A stretch of 64,000 bases of DNA from Felis catus. Taxonomy: Eukaryota. Every line of letters starts with the position of its first letter. Within the stretch, counting starts at the first letter, position 1. This document shows, piece after piece, positions 51,610 to 63,123 of this stretch. The notes below the pieces were generated by a model that did no database searches, was not told where the DNA came from, and saw nothing but the letters and a program-made list of their open reading frames with translations. The translations under genes and the position numbers were made by a program. The stretch lies in assembly GCF_018350175.1 (NCBI RefSeq), contig NC_058368.1, positions 184,700,001-184,764,000 of the forward strand, written 5' to 3'.

Positions 51610-52630
51610 CACATTTGTCCCTCTCCAACTCCTATACAACCATTCTAGTCCAAATCACCCTCATCTCCTGCCTGGATTAATATAGAAGCCTCCTGTGGCG
51701 CCTGGGTGGCTCAGTCGGTTGAGCGTCTGACTTCAACTCAGGTCATGATCTCATGGTCCGTGAGTTCAAGCCCCGTGTCAGGCTCTGTGCTGACAGCTTG
51801 GAGCCTGGAGCCTGATTTGGATTCTGTGTCTCCCTCTCTATCTGTCCCTCCCCTGCTCATGCTCTGTCTCTCTCTCTCTCTGTCAAAAATAAATACACAT
51901 AAAAAAAAAAACTTTTTTTTAAATATAGAAGCCTCCTGACTGATCTCGTCCAAGCCACTCTAGTCCAAACCATCACTCGCCTGATTATTACTAACACTAC
52001 ATAGCCTCCTAACTAGCCTATTTCCAGTCCAGCTCCCTTAAGTTGATTTTCCACATTTGGTAATGCCAAGTGATATTTTGAAACCAAGTTCTAAACATCT
52101 GAGTTTTGCGTAAAACCTTTTTATGAATTCCCAAAACTGTTAGGAATTATTTAATATAGATCAAGATTCCAACTGGCACCCATAAGGCAATGCCTGGTCT
52201 AGCCTTTACCTACTTCTTAGCTAAGAACATGCCCCGCCCTGCCCCCCTTCTCTATACTTTAGTCCTATTGGCCTTTATCCTGCTCTGCCAACATGCCATG
52301 GTCCTTTCTGCCTTCAGGATTTTTTAATACTGTTGCCTCGGGCTGGAAACTCTTCCCATTCATCTCACATCACCTTCTACACTTTCTCACTTTTTACATA
52401 CAACTAAAACACCCAAGGATACCTGCCTTGTGCTTCCCGGACAGATCCACCACTCTCTAATCCTCTCTATAGCTCCCTTTACTCTACTTGGGAAGCTCTT
52501 CTAGTTTGTGGTTACATGTCATTGTGATTATTTTATTAAATACCCAGTTCCCCACTAGGCTGTACTCACGGGGAAACCAAGGAATTTGCTTTTCTCCTCT
52601 TGAATCCCAGCATTTTCTGGCTCCAAAGGT
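51610..52630 (+). mobile_element. L2 remnant interrupted by a SINE
   Basis: CTAGTCCAAATCACCCTCATCTCCTGCCTGGATTA..AGCCTCCTAACT..TTCCCACTAGGCTGTACTC. Confidence 0.75.
51696..51921 (+). mobile_element. CanSINE
   Basis: Perfect TSD AATATAGAAGCCTCCTG at 51679-51695 and 51922-51938. Confidence 0.96.
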
Positions 52631-53223
52631 AGTCCTCATTCTACTGCTTTCTGGAGAGATTTGTCAAAGAACAAATAGCCATTTAAACCTAGACAGCTCT
52701 CAATGTAAAGATTGCCTGTGTAGGTTTTTTAAACCTGTGCCATTTGCTTTATTTTATACAGACGTAACAACATCAGTACTTTCAAGCATGAGCTTGAGCT
52801 AAGAACTGAACTAAGAGCTGAGACATCCATAATATGTGTTTTGAGTAACACTTTGCAAAACCAAAAATCTTGATATTTTCTTCTCACTGAAGGTATATCC
52901 AAAAAGCTTGACTGTGGACATAAGCAATACGGTAAAAATGGAACTAGCTAAACTTCTGCTTCCATAAACTTACCTAATTTGTTCAGGGAAAATGAACATC
53001 TACTTGTTTATTTCTGATAGGTTCTACTTGGGTGCTTTGGTACCAATTCCATATTTTAGGTGAATAAAAAGGCAAAGCCTTGTTCTGTTGCAACATCATC
53101 CCTTACTGTGAAAAACAGACTATTTTCATAAATAGTATTTAATAACACTACCGTAAACTCCTGAGTTCTTAAAAAAGCATTATTTCATACTTGAGGAAAA
53201 AGAATAAAAGAATATCACTAATT

Positions 53224-53447
53224 GGGGCACCTGGGTGGCACCTGGGTGGCTCAGTCGGTTAAACGTCTGGCTTTGGCTCAAGTCATGATCTCAGGGTTCA
53301 TAAGTTCAGGCCTGCATTGGGCTCTGTGATGACAGCTCAGAGCCTGGAGCCTGCTTCGGATTCTGTGTCTCCCTCTCTCTCTGCCCCTCTCCTGTTCCTG
53401 ATCTCTCTCTCTCTCTCAAAAATGAATAAACATTAAAAATTTTTAAA
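53224..53447 (+). mobile_element. CanSINE with duplicated head segment
   Basis: GGCACCTGGGTGGCACCTGGGTGGCTCAG; TSD AAAGAATA(T/C)CACTAA. Confidence 0.95.
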
Positions 53448-53769
53448 AAAGAATACCACTAATCTATCCTAATTATAAATTCCTGTGAAAAATAACAAGA
53501 AAGAAGGAAGACAGAAAGATATAGAAAGATAAAGTAACATTGAGAAAGCAGAATACTCAGTCATAAGTCTTAGAATTAGTGATTCTGTGTGAAATCATCA
53601 TGTCACTCTAATGCACATACAGAAAAATGTAATGGTACACAACTACCCCCTATAACTAACCACTAAATTAATAAGGATTTAAAGCACATAAAAATGATGT
53701 TTGATATTTAAAGCATAATATAAACATTCTATAAAATGGTGGGCAATAACTTTATTTCTTTAATATAAG

Positions 53770-54225
53770 CAATAAATATTTACTATTAATCTACTGTAAG
53801 CAAACCACTGGAGTCCATCTGTAAATAAAACCCAAAATCTCTGTCTCCATGAATTTAGATATTACTAGGTAAAGGTAATCAACAAACAATAAATACCATC
53901 AGTACTTTATACAATTTGTTGGAAGGTAATAAACGCTATGAAAAAGTAAAACAGGGAGGAGCTGAGAGCACAAGGACAGGGGATTGCAATTTAAATGTGA
54001 TGGAGAGAGTAAGCCTCATTAGGGTGGTGACACTTAGCAAAGTTTGAAAAAGGTGAGAGAGCTAGCTTTGGGAATATTTGGATGAAGTACATTTCAAGTA
54101 GAAGTCAAGACTGTATCTGGGATGTTCTAAGAACAGCAAAGATATGCTTGCGGCTGATTGTGGAGCAAGTGAGGTAGGAAAACACAGGAGAGGAATTCAG
54201 AGACCTACCAAGAGGACAGACCACA
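53770..54225 (-). mobile_element. L2 remnant
   Basis: AAATATTTACTATTAATCTACTGTAAGC..AGCCTCATTAGGGTGGTGACACTTAGC..TTCTAAGAACAGCAAAG. Confidence 0.7.
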
Positions 54226-54360
54226 CATTTTCACTTCCCTGTTGGTTAATGGTGTTGAACATCTTTTCATGTGCCATTTGTATATATTCTTTGGTAAAGT
54301 CAAGTATTTCCCAAGTTTGAAATTAGTTTGCTTGTTTCTTTACTATAGAGTTTTGAGAAT

Positions 54361-54386
54361 TTTTTTAATGTTTGTTTATTTATTTT

Positions 54387-54426
<40 letters not shown>

Positions 54427-54552
54427 CCCAAGCAGGCTCTGTGCGGTCAACACAGAGCCCAGATTGGGTCTCAGTCTCACAACCATGAGATCATGACCTG
54501 AGCCAAAATCAAGAGTCAGACACTTAACCTACTAAGCCACCCCAGTGTGCCA
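54361..54552 (-). mobile_element. CanSINE
   Basis: SINE body; TSD AGTTTT(G/A)AGA(A/G)TTTTT. Confidence 0.93.
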
Positions 54553-55490
54553 AGTTTTAAGAGTTTTTATGTTTTTTGGATGCAAGTCCTTTGTTGGACA
54601 TGTGGTGGGCAAACATTCTCTCCCAGTCTGTAGTTTGTCTTTTTATTCTCTAAATAGTGTATTTTGCAGGGCAAAGGTATTATATTTGATAAATTCCAAT
54701 TTATCAACTTCTTCTATGGATCTTGCTTTTGGAGTTCCATCTAAGAACACTTTGCTCAACTCCAGGTCTTGAATATTTTCCTCTAAAAGTTTTATAATTT
54801 TAAAATTAGATTTGCAATTCATTTTTAGTTGATTTTTATACAAGGATTTTATACAAGATTGAGTGCCATGGTTTGTAAATGGACCCAAATAGTTCCAACA
54901 TTGTCAAAAGGACTATACTTTTTCCATTGAATCACTTAGGCACCTTTGAAAAAGTCAAATGGCAATTATACAATGGAATATTATTTATGAACAAAAATAA
55001 ATGAGTTATCAAGTCATGAGAATACATGGAAGAATCATAAATTCATATCTTTAAGTAAAAGAAGCCAGTCTGAAAAGGCTATATACTGTCTGATGACAAT
55101 TACATGGCATTGTAGAAAAGGCAAAACTATAGAGACAGTAAAAAGATCAGGGATTGCCAGGGGTTTAGAAGGGAGAATTGAAGCATGGGGAATTTTTAGA
55201 GTGGTGTAACTATGCTGTATGATTCCTGACATATGACATTATGCACCTGTCAAAGCCATTCAACTTATAAAACTTTACAATGGACCTTAATGTATGCAAA
55301 ATTTTAAAAATTACTTAGGATGACATATGATCCCAGAATGGAATATAGAATGTGACAAAGCAATCTAACAGTATTACAAATGTATAAAACTACCTCACTG
55401 GAAGAGGTGATGCTGACCTAAGTAACTTTGGAAATTAATGGAATTTATAAAATTAAAGGTAAAAGAAACTCTATTTAAATGCTATGCTCA

Positions 55491-55525
55491 GTCACTTCTA
55501 ATCATTTTGGCTAAGATCAAGTGTA
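55491..55525 (+). pseudogene. 3'-truncated U2 snRNA retropseudogene (nt 1-35)
   Basis: GTCACTTCTAATCATTTTGGCTAAGATCAAGTGTA vs U2 5' end ATCGCTTCTCGGCCTTTTGGCTAAGATCAAGTGTA (29/35, last 21 identical); TSD AAA(TG/CA)CTATGCT at 55477-55488 and 55525-55536. Confidence 0.88.
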
Positions 55526-56590
55526 AACACTATGCTTTAGTTGATAAAATTTTTCCCATGCAAGAAAAGGTTAACAAATTTAACTCAGCTATACATGTAT
55601 ACTGGAATTAAACAATTAAGAGTATAAATGGTGAATGATGGAAGCCCAAGTTCTTATTGTTGGAGTGGGGTCTACGGATAAACAAGAGAAGGAGCTAGAA
55701 AGATCCATATGATATTAGAGTTGGAGACATCATTAACTCCTGTTTACCTTAATATCAATTAAAATGATTACATGCAGAAATAATTATAAACACATGTATA
55801 CACACAGTATACAAATATAAATTTCCTTGATCCATCAACCAAAGGGCCTAGAGTCAGTAACATCTCAGTAGCAGTGGACAAACTTAGTGTTCAGGTCTTG
55901 GTTTCTAATACCACTATCCAAGAAAAAGAACCAGGTCTTCTTGGAGAATGAAGGAATGGGGGGATTCTAGGGCTGAAACAGAAAATATAGAAGAGGTTCC
56001 TAGTAGGAAATGTACAAGATGTGCCAGGAGCAACTTGTAGTGCCAGGAATTAAGGAAGTACTTTCAAAAACAAAAAACAAAAAACACCATCAGGGCATAT
56101 GAAAGTGAAACAGGAGCCAACTGAAAGAGTTCCCAATGTTCTGACTTGGAACAATTTGAGCAACAAAACAAAGTCATATTGGATTATAACCCATAAAATA
56201 AATATTCATGGACCCATACTCCCAGGTAGATAGGTAGATAGATAGATAGATATAAATAGGGAAAAGAGCTAAATCTTCCATGCAGAAGAATTTCAGGTAG
56301 TTTAGTTACAGTCTTTCCTCAAGGAGGAGGGAACATAACCCCCCACTCCTTAAGTATGGGCTAGGTATAGCAACTTGCCTCCAAATAGTTAAGTATGGAA
56401 AACAGGGGAAATGAAAAGTTTTCAGTTGAAAAATGACAAACAATATTTCATCCAGATGATCAAAGGCAACATCAACAGTGGTAAGTCACATTGGTAGTAT
56501 GTGCTCTTGATTTAATGTGATGAAAAAGGTATTTTACCTCTATGATCTTCCTCCCCCAAAAATAAAGCCACAGTCTATGAAAACACTTCA

Positions 56591-56826
56591 GGGGGTCGCC
56601 TGGGTGGCTCAGTCGGTTAAGCGTCCAACTTCAGCTCAGGTCATGATCTCACAGTTCATGGGTTTGAGCCCCATGTCAAGCTTTCTGCTATCAGCACAGA
56701 GCCCACATCACATCCTCTGTCCCCCTCTTTCTCTGCTCCTTCCCTGCTCACACTCGCGGTCTCCCCCTCTCTCTCCCCCCTCTCTCAAAAACTAAAAAAT
56801 AAATAAATAAACACTTAGAAAAAAAA
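56591..56826 (+). mobile_element. CanSINE
   Basis: GGGGGTCGCCTGGGTGGCTCAG head, body and A tail. Confidence 0.94.
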
Positions 56827-57108
56827 TCAGGAAAATCCCAATTGAGGGGCAATCTACAAAAGACCCAACCATACTCTTCAAGACTATCGAGGTGAACAAA
56901 AACAAGGTAAGTCTGAGAAACTGCCACAGCTAAGAGAGAACCTAAGTACACGTGACAACTAAATGTAATGTGTATCCTCCATCGAACTCTGGAACAGAAA
57001 AAAGAGTTTAGGTAAAAGCTAAAGAAATCTTTAAATAAAAAAGGTACAAACTTTAGTTAATAATAATGTATCTATATTGGTTCATTAATTATAACCAATG
57101 TACCATAT

Positions 57109-57320
57109 ATTTTTTTTAACGTTTATTTATTTTTGAGACAGAGAGAGACAGAGCATGAACGGGGGAGGGGCAGAGAGAGAGGGAGGCACAGAATCGGAAG
57201 CAGGCTCCAGGCTCTGAGCCATCAGCCCAGAGCCCCATGCGGGGCTCGAACTCACGGACCGCGAGATGGTGACCTGAGTGGAAGTCAGACGCTTAACTGA
57301 CTGAGCCACCCAGGCGCCCC
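57109..57320 (-). mobile_element. SINEC_Fc
   Basis: Perfect TSD ACCAATGTACCATAT at 57094-57108 and 57321-57335. Confidence 0.97.
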
Positions 57321-57471
57321 ACCAATGTACCATATTAATATGAGATGTTAATAATAGAAGAAACTGTGGGTAGGGGGTATATAGGAACTCTATTATCTTC
57401 TCAGTTTTTCTGTAAATATAAAATTGTTTAATTTTTCTGTAAATATAAAATTGTTTAAAGATAGTTTTTCA

Positions 57472-57690
57472 GGGGCGCCTGGGTGGCGCAGTCGGTTAAG
57501 CGTCCGACTTCAGCCAGGTCACGATCTCGCGGTTCATGAGTTCGAGCCCCGCGTCAGGCTCTGGGCTGATGGCTCAGAGCCTGGAGCCTGTTTCCGATTC
57601 TGTGTCTCCCTCTCTCTCTGCCCCTCCCCCGTTCATGCTCTGTCTCTCTCTGTCCCAAAAATAAATAAACGTTGAAAAAAAGAAAAAAAA
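57472..57690 (+). mobile_element. Young SINEC_Fc
   Basis: Perfect TSD AAAGATAGTTTTTCA at 57457-57471 and 57691-57705. Confidence 0.97.
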
Positions 57691-58513
57691 AAAGATAGTT
57701 TTTCATTAAAATAGATAAGATACTCAAATGCAAATAAAATCAAATGGTCATATTTGTGTTGATCTATTTCTGGATTCTCCAATGATCTGTGTATTTATAC
57801 TTTTGACAAAGGAAAAAGAAACTGTATAAAATTTATGTTCATTCTTCTTGAAATATTTGCTAGAATTCACCAGTCAGACCACCTGGGCCATAGATTTCTT
57901 TTACAGGTTTTAAACTATGTATTCAGCTTTTTAATAAAGTGATAGGACTATTCAGGTTACCTATTTCATCTTCAGTGAGTTTGGTAATAGTATTTTTTAA
58001 GGAATTAGTACATTTTTCTTATTATTGAATATTGAATTCATGTGCATAGAGTTGTTTGTAGCATTTCTTTAGTGTCCTTTTAATATCTGTGGGGTCTGTA
58101 GTGATATCGACTTATTCATGCTTTGGTAATTTGTGTCTTTTCTATATTGTTGTTTGGTCAGTCTTCCCAACAACACCTGTGTACTTTTGACACTTTTGAG
58201 ATTTCCTACAATAAACATTTGTCATTTTATAATTAGAAAATATACCATTTTAAATTTGCTTGTTTCTTCATTTAAATTGTAGATAATAATGCTTACAACA
58301 TGGGGGGGTGATATGTGGGTTAAAACTGGTAATGCCTATAAAAGTTCGGTATAATTTATGTACAGATGTTAACTATTATGATTATAAGTAAAGGAAGAGA
58401 GTTGTGTAACTAAATTAGAAGAATATTGTTATCCAACTTAGGAAGAGATGTCAATATTGTATTATGATTTTATGGGTTCAAGAGAAGAACCTACATTTTA
58501 AAACATGGTTTCC

Positions 58514-58727
58514 GGGGCACCTGGGTGGCGCAGTCGGTTAGGTGTCCGACTTCAGCCAGGTCACGATCTCGCGGTCCGTGAGTTCGAGCCCTGCGTCAGA
58601 CTCTGGGCTGATGGCTCGGAGCCTGGAGCCTGTTTCCGATTCTGTGTCTCCCTCTCTCTCTGCCTCCCCTGTTCATGCTCTGTCTCTCTCTGTCCCAAAA
58701 ATAAATAAACGTTGAAAAAAAAAATTT
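58514..58727 (+). mobile_element. Young SINEC_Fc
   Basis: Perfect TSD AAAACATGGTTTCC at 58500-58513 and 58728-58741. Confidence 0.97.
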
Positions 58728-60374
58728 AAAACATGGTTTCCTACAACACTTAAAATGAGGTTGCTCACAATTAGATGTCTATGTGACATTTATTGACTTA
58801 AAATTTTTAATCATTTTTAAAAATGACTAACCACAACTAAAAATTCAAAATCTTTATCAACAAGTATAAAAGAACAGCAGAACATAAGCAATTATCTCAT
58901 TAGTTCTGAAACATCCAATGTATTTCTTTGAAGCCCAGTCACCTAAACTAAATCTTACCATACAGTTGGATGATTCATATTATTTAGGTCCCCAGGTAGA
59001 TTACTTGTGAGCTTAGAGCATGCTGGCATATTTGTCCTATGTTTCAGATTAAAAAACAAAATTGAAAAAACTAATATAAACCAGCACTGGAAAAATTAGT
59101 TCAAATAATATAATACTTTTAAACCTTGCCTTTTATATTAGCATGGATTTTAGAGGCAAATAGGACAGGGAGAGGGAATTGTATTTTCCTTTAAAGCACT
59201 TAAGGTGGGATGATACAAATACTCTATCCCACAAAAAAAATTTTTGCTAAATTCCCTCCCTCTGAAGCATAGAACTCTATCTGGCATTTGGAAGATGCTA
59301 CTCTATGAGGAAGTGATCTCCTAAATACTGAGCTCTTAGAGCCCCATGAATTTACAGGTAGGATTGAGGAGAGAGAAATGACAAGATAAGAAGGATTCCA
59401 AATGTAGGAGAAAGAAGGGCATTAGATGAAGCCAAAACATTCAGTATGATTTATGCAATACCCAAGTACTAATTCAAGCCAACAGCATACTTCCAGGCTA
59501 TATGCAACTACCAAATTACCATAAATTAAGCTCAGGCAAAAATAAGGCCATAAAATGGACATTTTACAGTGGCTATTGACTACAATGTTCAGTTTGCATT
59601 AAATCTTCTGAAATATTGTTACTTTGTCAACTGAATTAGTAATTGGTATCTTCTTGGGAGGGAAATATATAATACTTCAAACTCCGTATATATTACTCAC
59701 CACAATTAAAGTCACTCGCTGTAAGAAGCTGCTATCTATATGCATCAGACTAATTATTTTGTGCTTTTTTACTAAGATAATGGGACACTGCTGCCAGTGG
59801 GCAAATCCTGATCATACATTATACCACACTTCCTAGCAATTTTTATGGAAAACTACAGGTGGAGACAGATTATAATGGGAACATCTAATTGAAATTCATC
59901 TCCATTTTGCTTCAGATGGAAGGCATGCTGCTTGAGCCCTGAAACATATTCAATTTCATTCAAATTGGATGCAGATTTTTCCAGCAAAACTAAATTCAAA
60001 AGACATATATTTCGAAGGGTCCTAGAAGAAAGGAGTACCATAAACGTTGACCACTTGGGTTTGTTAAGCTGCTGCTTTCCAAGGTAGGAATAGAAAACTG
60101 AACTTCTAGTAAAGGCTGTTATCTTTGTGATACCATATTGCACTGGCAGTTAGTAACTCCGAGGCTTCACAAAGACCATAAAGGAAAACTGTCCAATCCT
60201 TTAATAAATCCTCTAATACTCCACAGTCAGGTCTCTTCATTCATGTGCAGATCCCCACTGTCTCCTTCTTCCATGTCCACCTTTGGCACTGGCTCCTAGG
60301 ACAGAAGATGGAGATTTTCCCAATGAAGTATTGAGTAGGAAGGTATCTCCTTCCCGGGCCAAGAAAAGTTTTAA

Positions 60375-60540
60375 ACACAAACACACTCATACTCATGCAC
60401 ACACATGCAAAGCACATGCACATTCTTCCACACACTCACACACATGCATACATACATGAACATGCACATTCATACATAACATATATGTATGTGTATATTT
60501 GCATGTACACGTGCACATGCGTGTGTATGTGATACGCATA
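60375..60540. repeat. Degenerate (CA)/(CATG)/(TG) alternating purine-pyrimidine tract
   Basis: CACACATGCA-type units switching to TGTG-type units. Confidence 0.85.
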
Positions 60541-60714
60541 TTCCCCTCCTTCACAATAAACCAAAACATCCTTCATTGGCAATAAGGCTGATAAAATGCT
60601 TAGCAAAGTATCAGGTAAGTACTCAATACAATATTATTTAAAATGAAAATTTTCTGAGTTATTTTTGTTAAACGCTACATAATATATTTCTTAAGAACAA
60701 TTGATTTACTCCTA

Positions 60715-61570
60715 AATCCACTCATTTACTTAACCCATATTTGATGAACACCATCTATGTGCCACTTACTAAAGCAGGTGCCAGAGATAGACCAGGGACC
60801 TCAAAGGTCTCAGCCTTTAAGAAGCTTTAATTTGCATGCAGAAGAAACAAACAGGTAAATATGTCAGGTGCTGATATGTAATACAAGGAAAAATAACACA
60901 ATGCGGTGAAAGGAGAGTAATGGTGGCTGCTATATATACAGTATTCAGAGAAGGCTTCTCTCAGAGGGTCATATTTCAAGAGACCTGAATGAAATAAGAG
61001 AGTAAAAAACTGGAGGAAGAGGATTCTAGGCAGAAGGAATGGCCTATACAAAGGCAGAAGTATGCTGTAGGTAGATATAACGAGAGGAGAGCAAAAGGAG
61101 ATGAGGTCAGAGAGAGAGTTAAGAAAAGATAAGGTTCCACCTTAGAAGGTATGGTAATGACTTTGTGAGGTGGGTGCCACTGGAGGGCTATAAATAGAGA
61201 GCTACATGATCTGATCTTTAACAGGCCTTTCTCTGCTTGCTCTATAGAAAAAAAAGATGGAAGGGAGAAGGGAGAGACACAGGCAATGCATTTAGGAGGT
61301 CACTACTCGAATCCAGGGGAGAGATGATGGTGACTTGAACTAGCACCCTGCATTGCACGTGGTGAGAAGTGACCAGATTCTGTATATATTTTGAAAGTAG
61401 AGACTTCTGGAGTTGTTTTATAGACAATCTGGAGTAGATTTATATAGGTATGTGAAGAAAAAAAAAAGGGATTCAAAGTTTACTCCAAAGCTTTCTTCCT
61501 GAGCAACTGGAAGAACTAAATTGTATGTCAAGTGCCCAGGACACATTAGGTACTAAAAGATGCTGGCAAT
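60715..61570 (-). mobile_element. L2 3' region
   Basis: TTTGATGAACACCATCTATGTGCCA..TCAGAGAAGGCTTCTCT..AATCCAGGGGAGAGATGATGGTGACTTGAACTAG..CCTGAGCAACTGGAAGAA. Confidence 0.85.
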
Positions 61571-62493
61571 CAGTATGCATATTATTCCCTTGGTGTGAGA
61601 CCAGAACTGTCCTCTTTACCAGACACAGAAGACCTAATGAATAGCTGTAGTGGAAGACTTTGTCTTTGAGCTGTTAGTTTGTATCATGAAGGGAGACTCT
61701 ACATGCCAAACACTTCTTCACTGGGGGGGGGAAGGAGCTGGAGTCTTAAAACAGAAGCTGTAGATAAATCTCCAGGGATTCCATGGACAGTTCCTATAAA
61801 GTTTTTTTTTTTTTTTTTTTTACTGCTATATTAAGATATGCTCAAATCTTCACAGGCAACACACTATAATCAAAATTAATCCAATCCTTCTGATATGGCG
61901 TTATACTCACAAATAAGCATTTATGCAAGCTTCGAATACAGTGAAATAAATTTCTGACATAAAACCAAAAAAAAAAAAGAAAGCAATACAACTAAATTCA
62001 ATCTTTTAGGAAGTATAGAAAGGTGGTTTCTTTAAGGAGACATATTCAGCATGAAGATCGTATTGGTTACAAATATAAACAGCTCCCTATAAAGTATAAA
62101 TAAATTCACAGAATATGGAACGATAGAGCCACAATAACTTAATAAGAGAGAATAGAGCATCCCAAAAATATATTGCTAAATGTAAAGTTGCCAACCAGGT
62201 ACACAACTTCCAAAACATTCTCTAAAATGTGTAATATTCCAAAATATTCTCCTTACAGCCCTTTCCAGAGTAAGAATATTAACTGGCTAAACCATGGGCA
62301 GGGCACAGGAAGATAATTCTAAAGATGTCAGCCCTGTTCCTTAAGAGTTTCCGGTCTCTATGATGAAATCGTTGAGAAGGCAATTTCATACCCCCCAAAA
62401 AAAAATGTGTCTGTAAACAAAAACACATCCACATATTTGCCATTCCCATATTGATACAAATGTGTAACTAGAAAATATCATCTATACCAACAC

Positions 62494-62930
62494 GTGCTAG
62501 ATATTCCTTATCTGCTCCTTCAGTTCCACTCTCCAGCCTTCTCCATCTTGTCTGGTGTCTCAGAAGTCTGACTTTTATAGACTGCATCGCCTGGACTCCT
62601 GGCCTTATGGATCTGGCCAATGAAAAGCACCAGAAAGAGATCAAAGGGCCAAAGGAGAGAGAAGTTTTCCTCCCTGCCAGAGGATGGGGTGACAATGGCT
62701 GTCCATGGTGCCTGTGCAGGAGTCTTCTCTTACAGCTATAAGTCCCACCAAGTTCTGGTAACTACTTCCTCCCCTTGCACCTATTTCCTACTACTGCTAG
62801 GATGGCTCATCATCCCTTAACAGTCCCCCCTAAACTTGCTCACACCTTTGTAAATAAGCGGTTATTAAAGTGTCTTTAATAACCTCTCAAAGAGACTTTC
62901 CATTTCCTGCCACCCAACTGATATGATACA
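62494..62930 (+). mobile_element. LTR33-like ERVL solo LTR
   Basis: GGCCAATGAAAAGCACCAGAAAGAGATC..CACACCTTTGTAAATAAG..ATTAAA..TTTCCTGC..TGATACA. Confidence 0.7.
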
Positions 62931-63123
62931 GTGATCTCCAAACTTAATTCATAATCATTTGTAAAGCTTTTTAGAAACACAGATTCCCAGAGCCTATCCA
63001 AGACCTAATGAATCAGAATCTCTATGCTTGGAGCTAAAGAACAAATAGCTTCAATAAACAACATAGGTGATTCCAACGCAGCCAATCTGGCAACCATCCC
63101 CACACCAGCATTTGGGAACCAGC
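62929..63123. mobile_element. MER5-like hAT fossil
   Basis: CAGTGATCTCCAAACT ... TTTGGGAACC; internal ACAGATTCCCAG..TGAATCAGAATCTCT. Confidence 0.7.

Larger units (their letters stand above)
54966..57470 (+). mobile_element. L1MC-type ORF2 end plus long 3' UTR
   Basis: TACAATGGAATATTAT..GAAGCCAGTCTGAAAAGGCT..GGCAAAACTATAGAGACAGTAAAAAGATCAG; terminal GGAACTCTATTATCTTCTCAGTTTTTCTGTAAAT. Confidence 0.8.
54228..58160 (-). mobile_element. Old L1M ORF2 remnant (54228-54965 and 57735-58160), split by a plus-strand L1MC
   Basis: GGTGTTGAACATCTTTTCATGTG..CACCTTTGAAAAAGTCAAATGG resumes as AAAATCAAATGGTCATATTTGTGTTGATCTATTTCTGG. Confidence 0.75.

Noticed and set aside
6741..58708. Recurring ORFs such as MAQSVK..TSAQVMIS and GAPGWRSRLSVRLQPG
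   Set aside because: Translations of CanSINE copies, not a gene family.
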